Assembly: GCF_044704955.1 (NCBI RefSeq)
Contig: NC_091990.1
Span: 29,822,001 to 29,886,000 of the forward strand
Length of the DNA stretch: 64,000 nucleotides
Source of the DNA: Pristiophorus japonicus
Taxonomy: Eukaryota
Reading direction: 5' to 3'
Shown: piece after piece, positions 38,744-50,477 of the stretch
Numbering within the stretch: the first letter of the stretch is position 1
Layout of the letters: each line of letters opens with the position of its first letter
Translations under genes and position numbers: made by a program
Notes under the pieces: model-generated
The model's database searches: none
Told to the model about the DNA's origin: nothing
Seen by the model: the letters and a program-made list of their open reading frames with translations, nothing else

Positions 38744-39553
38744 AAACATAGAAACATAGAAAATAGGTGCAGGAGCAGGCCATTCGGCCCTTCGAGCCTG
38801 CACCACCATTCAATGAGTTCATGGCTGAACATGCAACTTCAAGTACCCCATTCCTGCTTTCTCGCCATACCCCTTGATCCCCCTAGTAGTAAGGACTACA
38901 TCTAACTCCTTTTTGAATATATTTAGTGAATTGGCCTCAACAACTTTCTGTGGTAGAGAATTCCACAGGTTCACCACTCTCTGGGTGAAGAGGTTTCTCC
39001 TCATCTCGGTCCTAAATGGCTTACCCCTTATCCTGAGGCTGTGACCTCTGGTTCTGGACTTCCCCAACATTGGGAACATTCTTCCTGCATCTACCCTGTC
39101 TAAACCCATCAGAATTTTAAACGTTTCTATGAGATCCCCTCTCATTCTTCTGAACTCCAGTGAATACAAGCCCAGTTGATCCAGTCTTTCTTGATATGTC
39201 AGTCCCGCCATCCCGGGAATCAGTCTGGTGAACCTTCGCTGCACTCCCTCAATAGCAAGAACGTCCTTCCTCAAGTTAGGAGACCAAAATTGTACACAAT
39301 ACTCCAGGTGTGGCCTCACCAAGGCCCTGTACAACTGTAGTAACACCTCCCTGCCCTTGTACTCAAATCCCAACATGAAGGCCAACATGCCATTTGCTTT
39401 CTTAACCGCCTGCTGTACCTGCATGCCAACCTTCAATGACTGATGTACCATGACACCCAGGTCTCGTTGCACCTCCCCTTTTCCTAATCTGTCACCATTC
39501 AGATAATAGTCTGTCTCTCTGTTTTTACCACCAAAGTGGATAACCTCACATTT
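38744..39553 (-). mobile_element. young 5'-truncated CR1 LINE
   Basis: Uninterrupted 217-aa ORF2 C-terminus (38819-39472), nearly identical to 7742-8232. Confidence 0.95.
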
Positions 39554-40124
39554 AATGGTTTATTAATGACTATATGTATGAAGCGGTCATAAATTCACAA
39601 TCTCTGTAGTAACAAATGAATTACAAAACATTTTCCACAAATGAATAATACACCATTACTGCTGCGATGTATTCTAAGACCAATCCAATACATATTTCAA
39701 CAAAGATCACTGGAAACAGGTTAAATCAAACTTTGTAATACAGTGCAGACATAGAAACAGTGTAAAGGTTTAATTGCCCATTAGCAGGTCACGGTTCTGT
39801 GAGGTCAGTGAATGGAGGAATGATCATTTTGTGATCAGGTTGACTGTAATTAGTAGAAACAAATAAAGAGAGCATGTTGGCAACACAGAATTATTCCCAC
39901 ATGCGTATTACAGTATTGTTATTGTCAGTAGAATGAATCAGGGTCAAAGATTAATAGTACAGATAATTCAAAGTCATGGTGTTCAGAAATTAACACATAG
40001 ATGGAAGTTTATGGGATCGGTCAGTGCAGATATTAAGGCCTGTAACCTGGCCTCCTCTCCTTAAATATGAATTATAGTGGTATACCGTACTTTAAGTTGC
40101 CCTTCACATACACCAATCATCTAA

Positions 40125-40405
40125 TAACAACTGTATTTATATACTGCCTTTACCATAGTGAAACATCCCAAGGCGTTTCCACAGGAGTATTGAGAGATTT
40201 TTTTAAATTGACACCTAGCTGCATTAAGTAGAAATTAGTGCAGGTGACCAAAAGTTTGGCCAAAAAGGTATGTTTTAAGGAGTGTCTTGAAGGAGGAAAG
40301 AGAGGTAGAGGTGCGGAGAGGTTTAGACAGGGAGTTCCAACAGAAGGCACGGCCACCAATGGTTGAGTGATTATAATCAGGGATGCTCAAGAGAGCAGAA
40401 TGAGA
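40125..40405 (-). mobile_element. L2 LINE 3' end (followed by a DeuSINE tail at about 40475-40590)
   Basis: Colinear with 26515-26850. Confidence 0.75.
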
Positions 40406-40784
40406 AAAATATTGCAGCAACACTGACCCTTTCAGACTGTTAGATCACCCAGGAAAGCTATTCAAAGAAGCATAACGCTTCTACATTACAACAGTGACTA
40501 CACTTCAAAAGTACTTTATGGCTCTAAAGCATTTTGGGGCATCCTGAAGTCAGGAAAGGTGCTGTATAAATGCAAGTTCTTTCTTTAACTTTGAAATGGC
40601 AAGTTGTCTTAGATATCAAAATCTGAACAATTTTTTTTTAAATAAAGATCACAAGAGCTTAGTTATTTTGCATTTTTGTAAGAAGTTATTCATAAGCCAG
40701 CAGGTGAACATAATAGGAGCAGGAGTAGGCCATTTGGCCCCTCGAGCTGAATTGCCATCCATTTTAAAAACCTCAATGCAGTTC

Positions 40785-41390
40785 ACAAGACAGGGAAGGC
40801 CATTCAGTCCATCTTAATTCATCTATCCAGAAAGATCTCTCAGTCCTGATATTGGAGCATCCAATTGTTTATTAAGTATTCAGGGGTTTTTGCCTCCACA
40901 ACTATCTGGATGTCTATCCACACTTTGTGAAGAATAATTTTGTGATATCGGCCCTAAAATGATCTTTTATTAATCTCTATCCTTTAGTTTGATGTCCACA
41001 ATTTAAAATATTCCAGATTTACTTTTTCCATTTCCTTTAGAATCTTGTATACCTCTATAATATTAACTCAGACATCTTTCGAGATTGAAACACCCATGTT
41101 TGTTTTTTATTCTTTCCTCAATGCTCAGATCTACAACACTAGGATTCAGCCTTTTCTCGGCACTGAAAATCTCACTTGTTGCCTGGCAACCAGGACAGGA
41201 TGGCGTATTCAAGATGCAGCCTGACCAGAGCGCTACACAGTTTCATCTTTATTGCCTCTGACTTGTAGTCTACGGTTTTTGCTATCCAGTTCAACATTAC
41301 ATTGCCTATGTTGGTTGCTGCTGTACACTAATATCTACCAGCGAGCCTAAAACGCCACGGTCTCTTTTAGCTTCCTCCTCAGCTACCTCG
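40785..41390 (-). mobile_element. old CR1 LINE fragment
   Basis: Reverse strand reads ALVRLHLEYAILSWLP, a decayed LVRPHLEYCVQFWSP. Confidence 0.6.
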
Positions 41391-41618
41391 GGCACAAAAA
41401 AGTTAAATCGGCATAAGTGACTGAATTAAAAAAAAAGTTGGCTCCGTCTATTTGCAACACAAGAGGGTTGGAGCAGACACACCCATCAGTTTGTCTGGAA
41501 TGTATAATTTGATCCTGTCAGCTGCAGAGTAATTCAAGGTCTTTGTGTAATTTGATCCAGTCATCGTCAGGCTGGCTACTGAGTTCACAGTGCTAACACT
41601 GCTGGCAGAGAACGGATA

Positions 41619-41748
41619 GTTCCCTCTAATTTTTTTAGCACTGCGCGACCCCTTTAAGGGGCTGCACGACCCATTCAAAATGTTGCGCATGAAAAACCAG
41701 CAGCATGGGTTCACTGGAATGCTCACGGGCAGCTTAAAGGGAACATTG
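41619..41748. mobile_element. hAT-like MITE, left end degraded
   Basis: GTTCCCTCTAA...TTAAAGGGAACATTG inverted termini; related to 43807-43974. Confidence 0.55.
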
Positions 41749-42094
41749 CTCACACTGTCGAGTTCAGAGAACGCACAGTGCTCACACCGTCTGGAAGGGG
41801 TAAGGCCATGGGGGGGGTCGGGGGGGTCGGGAGAGATTTCAACATGAGGATGAGAATTTTTAAATCAAGGTGTGGATGGACAGAGCACAGGGCTAATGGG
41901 TGAACGGGACTTGCTGCAAGTTAGGATACGTGCAGAGTTTTGGATGAGCTCAAGTTCATTGAAGGTGGAAGATAAGAGGCCGGCCAGGAGAATATTGGAG
42001 TAGTGGAGTCTGGAAAATAACACAAATGTAGTTTCATGCTTGCTAGTCAGACCAACGCAGAACACGCATTCTTTTTTAAAAATGTATTTGTTCA

Positions 42095-44650
42095 TTCTCG
42101 GGTTGCAGCCAAGGCCAGCATTTATTGCTCATCCCTAGTTGTCTATGAAAAGGTGGCAGTGAGCTTCCTTCTTGAACCGCTGCAGTCTGTGAGGTGAAAG
42201 TACTCCCACAGTGCTGTTAAGTAGGGAGTTCCAGGACTTTGACCCAGCAATGAAGAAATGGCTATTTTTGCCCAAATCAAGATGGTGCGACTTGGAGGGG
42301 AACTTGGAGGTGGTGATCCTATGTGCCTGTTGCCCTTGCCATTCTAGGTGGTAGAGGTCACGGGCAACATTACCTCTAGGCTACAAGGCTGCGCAGCTTT
42401 CTGCCAGTCCCTTGCAGCCAGAGACCAGCTTTGTCAATGTGAATTTTCGTGCATGAGTGAAACTGTGACTGGGTGTGGGAAGTGCTGTCAAAGAAGCCTT
42501 AGTGAGTTGCTGCAGTGCATCTTGTAGATGGCACACACTCTGCAGCCATAGTAAGCCAGCGGTGGAGGGAATGAATGTTTAAGATGGCGGATAGGATGCC
42601 GATCAAGCGGGCTGCTTTGTTCTGGATGGTGTCAAGCTGAGAGTGTTGTTGCAGCTGCACTCATCCAGGCACGTGGAGAGTATTCCATCACACTACTGAC
42701 GTACCTTGCAGATGGTGGAAAGGCTTTGGGGAGTCAGGGGGTGAGTCACTCGCTACAGAATACCCAGCCTCTGACCTGCTTTTGTAGCTACAATATTTGT
42801 GTGACTGGTTCAGTTAAGTTTCTGCTCAATGATGACCCTCAGGATGTTGACAATAGGGGATTTGACGATGATAATGCCGCTGAATGTCAAGAGGCGGTAG
42901 TTACTCTCTCATTGGAGAGAGTCATTGCTTGGCACTTGTGTGGCACGAATGTAACTTGCCACTTATCAGTCCAAGCCTGAATGTTGTCCAAGTCTTGCTG
43001 CAGGCAGGCACAGACTGCTTCATTATCTGAGGAGTTGCGAATAGAGCCAAACACTGTGCAGTCATCAGCGAACATCCCCACTTCTGACCTTGTTATGAAG
43101 GAAAGGTCATTGGTGAAGCAGCTGAAGATGGTTGGGCTTAGGACACTGCCTTAAGGAACTCCTGCAGCGATGTCCGGGGCTGAGGATTGACCTCAAACAA
43201 CCAGAAACATCTTCCTGTGTGCTAGGTATGACTCCAGCCAAAGTCTTCCATATTGACTTTAGTTTTACTAGGGCTCCTTGGTGCCACACTCAGCCAAATG
43301 CTGCCTTGATGTTAAGGGCAGGCACTCTCACCTCACCTCTGGAATTCAGCTCTTTTGTCCATGTTTAGCCCAAGGCTGTAATGGGGTCTGGAGCCAAGCG
43401 GTCCTGACAGAACCCAAATGATGCATTGGTCAGCAGGTTATTGGTGAGTAATTGCCACTTGATAGCACTGTCGACAAAACTTTCCATCACTTTAAGAGTA
43501 GGTTGATGGAGTGATAATTGGCCAGATTGGATTTGTCCTGTTTTTTGTGGACAAGACATACCTAAGCAATTGTCCACTCTGTCAGGTAGATGCCAGTAAC
43601 TGTACTGGAACAGTTTTGCTGGAGGTGCTAGCCAAAATGCGATACCAGCATCACGGCTAGTTCTGGAGCACAGGTCTTCAACACTACTGCCGGGATATTG
43701 TTGGGGCTCATAGCCCTTGCTGCTGTATTAGTGGGCTCAGCAGTTACTCGATAGCACGTGGGGTGAAGCAAATTGGCTGGAGACTGGCACCTGTGAGGGT
43801 GTAAACCAATGTTCCCTTTTTTTGGGAGGGGGGGGCGTACAAGGCCCCTTTCAGCAGGTGCGCAGCACATTCAAAATACCATGCATGTGCATTTTTTCCC
43901 ATTGAAAAGCCAGTGAGCCAGATGCACGGGAGGTCCAGAGCGCTGCGCAGACATGCAGCTCAATGTGAACATTGGTGTGAACCTCAGAAGGAAGCCGAGG
44001 TGGATCATCCACTCAGTACTTCTGGCAGAAGATGACTGCAGTCTTGCCTTTTGCACTCACGTGCTGGGCTCCACCATCTTTAAGTTTGGGGATGTTCATG
44101 GAGCCTCCTTTTCCGGTTAATTGTCCACCACCATTCACGACTGGTTGTGGCAGGACTGAAGAGCTTTGATCTGATCCGTTGGTTGTGGGATCACTTAGCT
44201 GTGTCTATAGCAAGCTGTTGCCACTGTTTCGCATGCATGTAGTCCTGTGCTTGAGCTTTACCAGGTTGGCACTTGATTTTTAGGTATGTAGTGAAATACA
44301 ATTCTGCTGCTGCTGATGGCCCGCAGCACCTCGTGGATGCCCAGTTTTGAGCTGCTAGATCTATTCTGAATCTATCCTATGTAGCACAGTGGTAGTGCCA
44401 CACAATATAATGGAGAGTGTCCCTAGTGTGAAGATGGGACTTGGTCTCCATAAGGACTGTGCGGTGGTCACTGCTACCAATACGGTCATGGACAGATGCA
44501 ACTGCGACAGGTAGATTGGTGAGGACGGGGTCAAGTAAGTTATACCTTGGGTTGGTTCTCTCACCACCTGCCGCAGGCCCAATCTGGCAGCTATGTCCTT
44601 CAGGGCTCGGCCGGTTCCGTCAGTAGTAGTGCTACCAAGCCACTCTTGAT
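42095..44650 (-). mobile_element. degenerate LINE of a second CR1/L2-group family (endonuclease end to 3' tail)
   Basis: MFADDCTVF...WTDKWQVTFVPHKCQ, VLKTCAPELA and LRQVVREPT motifs; tail shared with the SINE at 1549. Confidence 0.85.
43807..43974. mobile_element. hAT-superfamily MITE
   Basis: TIRs CAATGTTCCC...GTGAACATTG; 8-bp TSD GTGTAAAC/GTGTGAAC (7/8). Confidence 0.75.
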
Positions 44651-45299
44651 GGTTCTATATAAATTACATTGAATTTACAGCACAAACAGGCCAGCTCCTT
44701 ATTCTAACAATATGATCCATCACAAAAGCTGTTAACGTGCCCACAATATACAACTTGCACAGTTAGAGCAGTGTTGTCCAATAAATTGGGAATGCAGATG
44801 TGGCTCATTGCATTTGTGATTACTACGTAAATAATGAGTATGAGTGTGTGTCACTGGGCATGTGATCTCAATACCCATTCACACAGCGTGTGCATGTTAA
44901 ACTTAAAACTTTTTGTGCATTTGTTATAAAATGGAGATGTAAAGCAGAGTGTGCGAGTGGTTTTTGATTGTTACGTGTGGTTTTACTTCCTTGGTTACTG
45001 AATTTTGGCAGATGTTTGTTAAGGAAATAAACACACGGACAGTCTCAGCAATTTTTCATAAACAAATCCTCCAACTAGAGGCAAAAGTGTGCAAGTTAAA
45101 TTGTGAACTGGTTAACAACTTCCGCAATCAATACAAAGACTGCTGGAATGAGGAGCTACCCTTACTGCTGACTGCAAGGGATCTTAGTGAAACAAGTCGA
45201 GGCAACTTCTACCCAGTTCGTAATGGGCATGGGTCCATGAAATTGCCCAAGTTTTGCACCAACATTCAAAAAGGCTACAGGAATGGTTGATGAGCAAAC

Positions 45300-45520
45300 C
45301 TCATCATAGGCTGTCCCTCGAACAAGGATGACTTGCTTCCACACCAAAAGGGATGAGTTCATAGATGCTTCAATGGAAGACCCGATATTCCAGTCCTGAA
45401 CTCCAGGGGTGGAAGATGCCTACGCATGAATTTTTAACGTGTGGTGACCGTTGCACATCAGCCACCACACGGGCTTGACAGAGCTATGCCTTTATCCAGT
45501 GGCAAGGGCAAACCAGGATG
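45300..45520 (-). mobile_element. RTE-type 3' end or RTE-tailed SINE
   Basis: TCATCATAGGCTGTCCCTCGAACAAGGATGACTTGCTTCCAC; related copies at 54520-54685 and 62428-62830. Confidence 0.7.
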
Positions 45521-46065
45521 AGCAAACCACCGCACCAGTCAAGACCAAGACTAAATTAGATTAGAGCAAGGATTAAGTTACAATGCAGCTGACTGTGCTA
45601 CATCTGACATAGGCCTGAAATGAAATACACAAAACTTCAAAGCACACACCTATTGCAATAGCTAACAAGGCCCGTCATTTACAACTCCAATTGTTAACCT
45701 AGAATTTTGCAGTTGGAAGAAAACATGGAAAAAAAATCAAGTTGGATGAGTGAACTGTTATCTTTTTTGAAAACACATCACCCAAGGACTCAAAATTCCC
45801 ATGGGTTATATCTTAAGCCAAGGAGAATTCAGTACAAATAGTCGATTGTATTTTGTAAGCTACACAATAAATCCCATGGTTACAGATAGGGCTTTCCTCC
45901 CCCCTCCACCAGCTCCTTTTCTTATACAAACCGTTGGAATACAGCTTCCATATGTAGACCGAAACCTGTATCTTTACCCAATCACTTGAGTTAGTGTAAG
46001 CCTAATAATGTACCCCAAAATCATAGTAAATCAATGACAAGAGAATAGTCTCCCAGTCATCTCAC

Positions 46066-46308
46066 CTGAAATAATGCCACACGATTAGGCCAAATTTGCA
46101 CAGTAGCAGGAACACCAACAAAATACTGACCTCACATAAATCAAACTGGGTTGATTGTTTAAAATCAAGGCAGAGTCAATAATTCTTACAGCTCCTCTCC
46201 TTGAAGTTTTAGAAGCAAGTCTCCGATAGTAAATATCAAAGATTCTTTCTTGAGGAGCTCCTGCTGTCTCCTTCACAAACAAAGGCTTAGCAAATCGATT
46301 ACTTCAGT
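46066..46308 (-). other. candidate non-coding 5' UTR exon of S100PBP
   Basis: Unique sequence bounded by acceptor actttctcatAG and strong donor CAG|GTGAGA on the gene strand. Confidence 0.45.
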
Positions 46309-46859
46309 CTATGAGAAAGTCCCTCGATTATAATAGATGCTTGTTGAGAAGAGTGAAGCACAATAGTGCTTGGTATGTCTGGGCCAGATATGCTGACAGA
46401 TGGCTGGGCCATTTGCAGAATGGGTAAAAATCGGAACAGGAGTAGGCCATTCATCTTCTCCAGCCTATTCCATCATTCAATCAACAACTTACATGTATAT
46501 TATGCTTTTAAAATGTCTCAAGGCACTTCACAGGAATTTGACACTGAGCCACATAAGGAGATATTAGGACAGGTGGCCAAAAGCTTGGTCAAAGAGAATA
46601 GCTGCAAGGGCGGAATTAAAGGAGAAGAGAGAGGTAGAGAAGCGGAGAGGTTTAGTAAGGAAATTGCAGTTTAGGGCAAAGACAGTTGAATTGGAGGAGT
46701 GCAGAGATCTGAGTGTTGAAGGGCTGGAGGAGATTACATAGATAGGGAGGGACGAGGCCATGGAGGGATTTGCAAACAAGGATGAGAATTTTAAAAGTCA
46801 CGAAGTCATTTGTAAAATCCCTTGATACCCTTCCTTACCCAAATATTTATCAATCTTGA

Positions 46860-47568
46860 TGTAAGGGGGTATAGTATTGTAAGGGGATAAAATACTGTCA
46901 CCAAAGTGGAAGGAGACATTCACTTATTTGCATGTAAAGCTCACTTATAAAACTCACTTACAAAAGGGTTTTAAAATGGAGAACAGCTAAAAAGCAAAGC
47001 TTGCTGGTTTAATGCATTGAACCATAGCACAGACTGATAGAAGATTCAGTACAGCACAACACTTGCCAAGGACCGAAGCTGTTTGGGGAAAATATATTAT
47101 AGTATTGACTGGTAGTTTTGTCTAGAGTTCTTGGGAGAGGGATAAGGAGGCAGCACCCTGGGAAACAAGGTGAATCAAAACGTCATGAGGAACTGAGGCA
47201 AAGTTGACGCCACTGAACAAACACATTCCCTAAGACTGACAGGTGATGGGAGATGAACAGGTTGGGGGAACCACTCAGAGCCAGCCTAATAAGGGTCAAC
47301 GAATCAATGTAACTTCGCTGATAGCAGTCGGCCAATCGGTAGTTTTGTAACAGGGTCGCACACCTCAGAAAATGTATAACTTTCGATGTAGAAACCTTTG
47401 TTCTTAGAAGGGTTCATCGGAACACTTCCCCTGCATGCTTGAATAAAAACCTGTTGAACCGAGGTTTCGTCTGAATGATTCTGTGGTCGCTATACAGACG
47501 GGCGGGCGTCAATTCCTTATATCAGGGAGTCCACCTGGAAGAAGAGAAGTCTTCCTTTTACTCCAACA
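46860..47568 (+). mobile_element. solo LTR (709 bp)
   Basis: TGT...ACA termini with an exact 5-bp TSD CTTGA (46855-46859 and 47569-47573). TATA-like TGTATAAC at about 47373 and AATAAA at about 47442. Interrupts a minus-strand CR1 3' end. Confidence 0.88.
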
Positions 47569-48190
47569 CTTGACTTGAAAGCTTCAATTGACGCTCAGCA
47601 CTCTCAGCCTTTTGGGGGAAGAGAATTCCAGATTCCCACTATTCTTTGTGTGGAAAAGTGCTTCCTGATTTTTGTTCCTAAATGGCCTAGCTCTTAATTT
47701 TAAGGTTGTGTCCTCTTGTCCTGGAGTCCCCCACCAGAGGAAATAGTTTCTCTATCTGCACTGTTGAATCCTTTTATCATTTTAAACATCACAGCCAGAT
47801 CACCTCAACCTTCTAAACACAAGGGAATACAAGCCAAGTTTATGCAACCTGTTCTCATAATTTAACCCTTTAAGGTCCAAAATCACCAGTGAATCTGCGC
47901 TGCAGCCCCTCCTGAGGGACAGTCTCCAGAACTGAATGCAGTACGCCAGATGGGATCTGACCAAGGCTCTCTATAACTGAAGCATCAATTCCTCCTTTGC
48001 ATCCCAGCCTCCTTGAGATAAAGGCCAACATTCCAATAGCATTTTTGATTACTATTTATACCTGTGTGCTAGCTTTTGGTTATTTATGTACACGGACACC
48101 CATATCTCTTTACTCCTCCAGTTCCTATATTTCTCACCATTAAGAAAATGTTCTGATTTGTATTTCTTTGATCAAAAGTGGATGACTTTT
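47569..48190 (-). mobile_element. CR1 LINE 3' portion (host of the solo LTR)
   Basis: Reverse strand reads ALVRSHLAYCIQFW and WNSLP motifs. Confidence 0.8.
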
Positions 48191-48342
48191 CAACCTTCCA
48201 ATCCTCCTTAGATATGGAAGTGGTGCCAGAGGACTGACTGGAGGATTGCAAATGTTGCACCCTGTTCAAAAAAGGGGAGAGATAAACCCGGCAACTACAG
48301 GTTAACCTAACGTTTGTGGATGGAGAAACCTTTAGAGACAAT

Positions 48343-50061
48343 GGCCCCAAGTTTCCACATGATTTGCTCCTGATTTTTAGGAGCAACTGGTGTAGAACGG
48401 AGTATCTTAGAAATCGGAATTCTCCACATTTAGTTTTCTGCAGTTCTAGACAGGTAGAACAGTTTCACTTTGGAACAGAATTTTTTTTTCCAAAAGGAGG
48501 CGTGTCCAGCCACTGACACCTGATTTGAAAGTTTCCACAGTGAAAACGTACTCCAAACTAACTTAGAATGGAGTAAGTGAAGATTTTTGTACGCTTGAAA
48601 AAACCTTGTCTACACATTAAAAAATCAGGCGCAGGTTACAAATTAGGCGTAGGGAACGAGGGGGGGGGGGAAAGGAAGTCATTAAATTCTACAATAAATC
48701 CTTAGGTATACTTATACAAATATTATACAAATAAATCCAACCTGAATAAAAATTTATAAGCAAAGAAAAGGTTAAATAAACCATGTTCCTACCTGCGTGA
48801 AAGTGCTTCAGGCAGGCCTTTCAGGCAGCGGGTCGAAGGCTGAACGGGCCGGGCCCGAGACTTCGGGCAGGGCCTGTCCCCAGCACCAGATTTACAGGTA
48901 GGTGGCGTTGGGTCGGGTCGGGGAGGGAGAGGGAGAGGTCGGGTCGGGTCCAGTCGAGGGGGAGCGGGAGTCGGGTCGAGTCCAGTCGGCGGGGGTCGGG
49001 TCCAGTCGGGGGGGAGCGGGAGCGGGAGTCGGGTCGGGTCGAGTCGGGGGGGGGGGGGGGAGAGCGGGAGCGGGAATCGGGTCGGGTCCAGTCAGGGGGA
49101 AGCGGGAGTCGGGTCGGGTCGGAACGGGAGCGGGAGTCGGAAGTCGGGTCCAGTCGGGGGGGAGCGGGAGTCGAGAGTCGGGTCGCGTCCAGTCGGGGGG
49201 GAGCGGGAGCGGGAGTCGGGAGTCGGATCGGGTCCAGTCGGGGGGGAGCGGGAGCGGGAGTCGGGTCAGGTCCAGTCGGGGGGGGGGGGGGGGGGGGGGA
49301 GCGGGAGTCGGGTCGGGGGGGGAGCGGGAGTCGGGCCGGGTCCAGTCGGCGGGGAGCGGGTCCAGTCGGGGGGGAGCGGGAGCGGGAGTCGGGTCGAGTC
49401 GGGGGGGGGGGGGGGGCGGGTGCAGGAATTGGGTCGGGTCCAGTCGGGGGGAAGCGGGAGTCGGGTCGGGTCGGAACGGGAGCGGGAGTCGGGAGTCGGG
49501 TCCAGTCGGGGGGGAGCGGGAGTCGAGAGTCGGGTCGCGTCCAGTCGGGGGGGAGCGGGAGCGGGAGTCGGATCGGGTCCAATCGGGGGGGAGCGGGAGC
49601 GGGAGTCGGGTCAGGTCCAGTCGGGGGGGGGAGCGGGAGCGGGAGTCAGGAGTCAGGTCGGGTCCAGTCGGGGGGGAGCGGGAGTCAGGTCCAGGCGGGG
49701 GGGGGAGCGGGAGTCGGGAGGAAGCAGGAGCTGGCCGTGGGAGGAGCCTTATTCACGTAGCCCAAGTGAGGCCATTCGGCCAGGGCTAGGGGCTGCGTGC
49801 TTCGGGCACCTCCCACACAGTTTCGGGCACCTGGAGCTACTGCACTTGCGTGCCCACTGTAGCGCATGTGCAGAGGTCCCGGCACTGTTTTCAGTGCAGG
49901 GACCTAGCTCCGCCCCCTACAGCTCCTGCGCCAAGGGTCAGAGGACCTGCAGGGAGGTGGAGAACAGTGCGTTTTTTTTTTTCAGGCGCCGTTTTCGGCA
50001 CGAAAAACGGGCGTCCAGCTCAGAGGGGCGCTTGTTTTGCCGCGTGTGGAAACTTGGGGCC
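48343..50061 (+). mobile_element. non-autonomous PIF/Harbinger-like element with expanded G-rich internal repeat (about 48910-49720)
   Basis: Perfect 17-bp TIR GGCCCCAAGTTTCCACA and 3-bp TSD AAT; the host CR1 RT sequence rejoins across it. Confidence 0.88.
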
Positions 50062-50477
50062 AATAATCCAAGAAAATTAGCTGTCACTTGGAAAAATGTG
50101 CGTTAACAAATGACAGCAAGCCCGGATTTGTTAAAGGCAAATCAGTTACGTAGAGAGACTAGATAGCTGGGGTTGTTCTCCTTAGAGCAGAGAAGGTGAA
50201 GGGGAGATTTAGTAGAGGTCTTCCAAATCATTAAGGGTCTTGAAGAGTAAATACCATAGTCTAATTGAATGGTAGAACAGGCTTGAGGGGCTGAATGGGC
50301 CACTCCTGCTCCTATGTTTCCAAGTTGATAAAAGGGTATTGATCAAAGACGGGTAAATATAGTTGAGATACAGAACTGCCACGACCTAATTAAATAATGG
50401 AGCAGGCTCGAGGGGCTGAATGGCCTACCCCCGCTTCTGTAAATGTATGCAATTACTTAACATAATTGGTAGAGGGC

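Noticed and set aside
49769-49781. AGGCCATTCGGCC shared between the Harbinger-like interior and the CR1 3' stem-loop
   Set aside because: Only 13 nt of GC-rich, semi-palindromic sequence with no flanking similarity; cannot be distinguished from chance.
48821-50106. Pro-rich and Gly/Ser-rich ORFs of 228-295 aa
   Set aside because: They are translations of the G-rich repeat core of a non-autonomous element, with no transposase motifs.
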